Shown here: piece by piece, positions 16,336 through 20,000 of the stretch
Layout: each line of letters begins with the position of its first letter
Position numbering within the stretch: position 1 is the stretch's first letter
Source: an uncultured virus (IMG/VR IMGVR_UViG_3300027541_000229)
Taxonomy: Duplodnaviria > Heunggongvirae > Uroviricota > Caudoviricetes
Length of the DNA stretch: 20,000 nucleotides
Reading direction: 5' to 3' (one strand)
IMG/VR virus record: IMGVR_UViG_3300027541_000229
Notes under the pieces: model-generated
What the model was told of the DNA's origin: nothing
The model's input: the letters and a program-made list of their open reading frames with translations, nothing else
Database searches by the model: none
Program-made: the position numbers and the translations under genes

Positions 16336-18054
16336 ATGAGTTGGAAAAAATATTTTACGCCGGTTAACACTAATGTCCAAAAGGCAGGGTTTAGTCCTAT
16401 TTCAGGAGCCACACGCCCTGGACCAGCACGATCAAACTACAGCAGTTACCTACCGGATGTCTATGCAGGCTCGCCAAACCGTATCGAACGATATATCCAA
16501 TATGACACAATGGATATGGACTCAGAAGTTAATGCAGCACTGGATATCCTTAGTGAGTTTTGCACACAATCAGATAAAGAAAACGATACAGCTTTCCAGG
16601 TAAAATACAAAGGAAAACCGACTGCCGTAGAAGTTAGATTGATCAAAGACAGTCTACAAAAATGGTACAAGGAAAATGATTTTGAAACAAGAATCTTCCG
16701 TATCGTGCGTAACACATTTAAGTATGGAGATTGTTTCTTCATACGTGATCCAGAAAACAAAAAATGGTTGTATGTAGACCCTACCAAGGTTACAAAAATC
16801 ATCGTCAATGAAAGCGAAGGTAAGATTCCTGAGCAGTACACGCTCAAAGATATTAACTTTAATTTCAAGAACTTAATAGCAGTAACACCGCATCAAACCA
16901 CAAACACACAGCCTAGTGGTACATCTTATTACACCACAGCAGGTGGATTTGGTCGAGGCTTTACAGGTGATGCTGCCCGCCCACCTGGCACACGTTTCAG
17001 TAACCAAGTTAATGAAGTAACTGTTGATGCCAAACACATGATACATATCAGTCTTTCAGAAGGACTTGATCAAAACTATCCATTTGGTAACAGCCTACTA
17101 GAATCAGTATTCAAAGTCTACAAGCAGAAAGAACTGCTCGAAGATGCTATCATTATCTATCGTATACAACGTGCTCCAGAACGTAGAATCTTCTACGTGG
17201 ACGTTGGAAATATGCCAGCACACATGGCTATGGGATTCGTTGAACGTGTTAAAAACGAAATACAACAACGACGTATTCCAAGTGCTACAGGTGGTGGACA
17301 GAACGTCATAGACGCTAGTTATAATCCTCTAAGTGTAAACGAAGATTACTTCTTTCCGCAGACTGCAGAAGGTCGTGGATCAAAAGTTGAAACACTTCCA
17401 GGCGGTACTAATCTAGGTGAAATCACAGATCTACGCTATTTTACCAACAAGCTATTCCGTGCTCTGCGTATTCCAAGTAGCTATCTGCCTACACAGATTG
17501 ACGAACAACCAAACAATATCGCAGACGGTAAGGTAGGAACAGCCTACATACAAGAACTGCGTTTTAACAAATACTGCGAACGTCTACAGAGTCTTATCAT
17601 TGAAGCTTTTGACACAGAGTTTAAACTTTGGTTAATGGATCAAGGGGTCAATATCGACAACACTTTATTCAAACTCAAGTTCAACACTCCTCAAAACTTT
17701 GCCGCTTATCGTCAAAGTGAACTTGATACTGCTCGCGTAGCAACATTCGCACAAGTACAACAGATTCCGCATCTGAGCAAACGTTTTGCTATGAAGAGAT
17801 TCTTGGGCATGACCGAAGAAGAAATCAAAGAAAATGAACAGATGTGGAGAGAAGAAAACGGCAGCAAACTAGCACCGCCTACTGATGCACAGGGAGAAAT
17901 GCGTGGAGCAGGAATCACTCCTGGAGGTATCGCAGGCGATGTAGCAGGGCAAGAAGCTGAAGCAAGTCCAGATATGGCCGCAGCAGCCGAGGGCGAAGCA
18001 GCTACAGGAGCTGAACCAGGAGCTGGAGCTGCACCTCCGCCTCCCGCAGCATAA
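16336..18054 (+). CDS. Portal protein, T4 gp20-like
   Basis: LLEDAIIIYRIQRAPERRIFYVDVGNMP, EDYFFP...GRGSKVETLPGG.NLGEI.DL.YF..KL.RALRIP.S and ELRF.KY..RLQ. Confidence 0.95.
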   Translation: MSWKKYFTPVNTNVQKAGFSPISGATRPGPARSNYSSYLPDVYAGSPNRIERYIQYDTMDMDSEVNAALDILSEFCTQSDKENDTAFQVKYKGKPTAVEVRLIKDSLQKWYKENDFETRIFRIVRNTFKYGDCFFIRDPENKKWLYVDPTKVTKIIVNESEGKIPEQYTLKDINFNFKNLIAVTPHQTTNTQPSGTSYYTTAGGFGRGFTGDAARPPGTRFSNQVNEVTVDAKHMIHISLSEGLDQNYPFGNSLLESVFKVYKQKELLEDAIIIYRIQRAPERRIFYVDVGNMPAHMAMGFVERVKNEIQQRRIPSATGGGQNVIDASYNPLSVNEDYFFPQTAEGRGSKVETLPGGTNLGEITDLRYFTNKLFRALRIPSSYLPTQIDEQPNNIADGKVGTAYIQELRFNKYCERLQSLIIEAFDTEFKLWLMDQGVNIDNTLFKLKFNTPQNFAAYRQSELDTARVATFAQVQQIPHLSKRFAMKRFLGMTEEEIKENEQMWREENGSKLAPPTDAQGEMRGAGITPGGIAGDVAGQEAEASPDMAAAAEGEAATGAEPGAGAAPPPPAA

Positions 18055-18055
18055 T

Positions 18056-18063
18056 AATAAATA
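18056..18063 (+). promoter_or_regulatory. T4-type late promoter (AATAAATA)
   Basis: Lies 4 nt before ATG 18068, with no SD. Confidence 0.6.
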
Positions 18064-18067
18064 CAAT

Positions 18068-18310
18068 ATGCTTCTACGAGAGTTCATCTATTTTAACGAC
18101 AATATTAATGACTTTGCTGTTGATCGCCGATACGATAACAGCAAGGACAGTTCTGTTTTGGAAAAAGGTGATACACGTAAAGTGCGTCTTACACTAAGAC
18201 AAATCAATCAACTAAGGCTGCAAGCCGAAGCTCACAAAGCTGAAGTAGAGAGCGAATCTGCTTTTATACAACAAATGTATGCAACCCCAGTTGAGCAACC
18301 AGCACAATAA
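18068..18310 (+). CDS. Small hypothetical head-module protein
   Basis: 80-aa ORF (MLLREFI...TRKVRLTLRQINQLR...QQMY) between the portal and core genes. Confidence 0.7.
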   Translation: MLLREFIYFNDNINDFAVDRRYDNSKDSSVLEKGDTRKVRLTLRQINQLRLQAEAHKAEVESESAFIQQMYATPVEQPAQ

Positions 18311-18926
18311 CATAGCTTTTGTATTAGGAAACGGTAAAACTCGGTTAGCAGCAAACGCAAACGAGCTACTGAATCTTGGTATCGTCTATGGCTGTAACGC
18401 CATATATCGCGAACTTAATCCACATTTTTTAATAGCCGTTGACGTAAAAATGGTCAACGAAATCATCGGTACGGGCTATCACAGATGCAACCAAGTGTGG
18501 ACTAATCACAACAAAGGCATCGTAGATCACAAAGATATTAACTTTTTCCATCCGCATAAAGGTTGGAGCAGTGGTCCTACAGCATTACATATGGCTGCTA
18601 GCAGAGGACACACTGAGATCTACATACTAGGGTTTGATTATCAAGGCGAAAAAGGACTAGTAAACAACATATACGCAGACACAAACAACTATAAAAAAAG
18701 CTCTGAACCTGCGACTTATTATGGAAACTGGATGGCTCAGACCGTTAAAACTATCAAGGAATTTCCAAAAACAAAGTTCATTAGAGTTATAGAACCCAGC
18801 GATTTTAAGCCGGTAGAACTGACTACAGACCTCGGAAACCTTTCACATATGACTTATCGTTATTTCTTTGAAAAATTTCCAACGGCTATATATTCTGATC
18901 AAAACGATCAAAAAACTACCATTTAA
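18279..18926 (+). CDS. MptE-like / Maf (DUF115) / sialyltransferase-like Rossmann-fold protein
   Basis: AFVLGNG..R, YGCNAIYR, LIAVD, WSSGPTAL..A and IYILGFD motifs. Start is uncertain (ATG 18279 or TTG 18291). Confidence 0.6.
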   Translation: MQPQLSNQHNNIAFVLGNGKTRLAANANELLNLGIVYGCNAIYRELNPHFLIAVDVKMVNEIIGTGYHRCNQVWTNHNKGIVDHKDINFFHPHKGWSSGPTALHMAASRGHTEIYILGFDYQGEKGLVNNIYADTNNYKKSSEPATYYGNWMAQTVKTIKEFPKTKFIRVIEPSDFKPVELTTDLGNLSHMTYRYFFEKFPTAIYSDQNDQKTTI

Positions 18927-18946
18927 ACCCGATTTAAAATATATGT

Positions 18947-18954
18947 ATTAAATA
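18947..18954 (+). promoter_or_regulatory. Probable late promoter (ATTAAATA)
   Basis: TAAATA core upstream of the AAGGAG SD and ATG 18990. Confidence 0.45.
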
Positions 18955-18989
18955 AAACACAGCCTAACCACATCTTGAAGGAGAATACT

Positions 18990-19940
18990 ATGGCAGATAA
19001 GAACCTATTGACTCAGATGCTTGAGCATCTAGTTAACGATGATTCAGCTAAAGCTGAAGAACTATTCCACGAATACGTGGTACAAAAATCCCGCGAAATT
19101 TATGAAGATTTGATCGAATCAGAGATCAAAGACGAAGAAGACGAAGAAGTTGAAGAAGCAACTGAAGAAGATGATGAAGAATCAATGGAAGAATCTTCTG
19201 AATCAGATGACGAAGAAATGGACGAAAACTTCGAAGATATCGCTATCGAAGGCGACGACGAAGAAGACGATATGGGCGGCGACGATATGACAGGTGATCT
19301 AGAAGGTGATCTAGACATGGGCCCAGAAGAAGGCGAAGAAGAAGAAAAGTCCGAAGAAGAATTGTTCCAAGACCTAGACGCTATCGTTGATGAACTACAA
19401 GCTAAGTTCGACGAGCTAAAGGGCATGGAAGCTGGTGAGCACGAAATGGACGGTGACACTGGTGAAGAAGAAATGGAAACATTTGGTGACCCACAACTAG
19501 CAACAGTTCGTGAGTACGTAGAAAAAGTTCCAGCAGGTCACGGTGTTGAAAAGAAAGGTGGCGCAGAAGGTCAACTAAGCGGCACAGGTTCACAAAGTGA
19601 CAAGCCAAGCGTTAATACAAAATCTATCGTAGCAGGTAAGAATGACATGGGCGGTACAGCTAGCAATCTTAACCAAGCCTACGAAGATGGCAGCGTTACA
19701 CACGCAGGCGCAGAAGGCGGTGCTCTAAAAGGCAACGGCCTAAGCGATACTAAAGCAAAGGATATGAATACAGGTAACATCAATGTTCCCGGCGGCAAAG
19801 CAGGCGATGCTTTCAAGAAAAACTCCGCTGGACATGGTGCAGAGAAAAAGGGCGGTGGCGAAGGCGTTCTAAGTGGTACAGGTAATCACAGCGATAAGCC
19901 AAGTGTCAACACCCAAAGCCTTTTCCGTGGTCGTAGATAA
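18990..19940 (+). CDS. Acidic prohead core / scaffold protein (gp67/gp68-position gene)
   Basis: Start reassigned to ATG 18990 (SD AAGGAG at 18978-18983). It has an extremely D/E-rich centre and lies between the portal and the probable protease. Confidence 0.6.
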   Translation: MADKNLLTQMLEHLVNDDSAKAEELFHEYVVQKSREIYEDLIESEIKDEEDEEVEEATEEDDEESMEESSESDDEEMDENFEDIAIEGDDEEDDMGGDDMTGDLEGDLDMGPEEGEEEEKSEEELFQDLDAIVDELQAKFDELKGMEAGEHEMDGDTGEEEMETFGDPQLATVREYVEKVPAGHGVEKKGGAEGQLSGTGSQSDKPSVNTKSIVAGKNDMGGTASNLNQAYEDGSVTHAGAEGGALKGNGLSDTKAKDMNTGNINVPGGKAGDAFKKNSAGHGAEKKGGGEGVLSGTGNHSDKPSVNTQSLFRGRR

Positions 19941-19955
19941 TAGGATCGTAAACCG

Positions 19956-20000
19956 GTGAAAACTACTCTAGCAGAACATTTGAGTTACGACCAGGCTAAG
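19956..20000 (+). CDS. 5' end of the next gene, probably the prohead protease (gp21-like)
   Basis: GTG start with AGGA upstream, reading MKTTLAEHLSYDQAK to the window edge. The identity rests on synteny and an 'L.EHL.(Y/F)DQA' start. Confidence 0.45.
   Translation, partial: MKTTLAEHLSYDQAK

Noticed and set aside
18975..18989. TTG start at 18975 from the ORF track
   Set aside because: This stretch contains the SD (AAGGAG) for ATG 18990.
1..20000. Stop-codon reassignment
   Set aside because: Conserved genes (gp46, gp47, portal) are full length in code 11 and coding density is high.

Overview
This window comes from a large T4-like tailed dsDNA phage (myovirus type) read in genetic code 11. 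From left to right it holds: a minus-strand baseplate module (partial gp27-like hub, gp53-like wedge, tube-like gp48/gp54-type protein); a divergent block with a gp55-like late sigma factor, gp47/gp46 (Mre11/Rad50-like) recombination nuclease, a 2OG-Fe(II) oxygenase, a small basic protein and a short GIY-YIG nuclease; a ~490-nt non-coding region packed with hairpins; three probable internal head or ejection proteins; a minus-strand gp26-like gene with a start-less gp51-like ORF behind it; then tape measure, gp20 portal, two small genes, an acidic prohead core protein and the start of the probable prohead protease. The main observations are (1) a candidate large structured RNA with a pseudoknot directly behind the GIY-YIG gene, followed by two 55-bp motif-plus-hairpin units, and (2) a probable programmed -1 frameshift (A_AAU_UUU, 6-nt spacer, 9-bp stem) fusing the gp26-like and gp51-like ORFs. 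Gene identities come from motif recognition and synteny only; no database searches were run.
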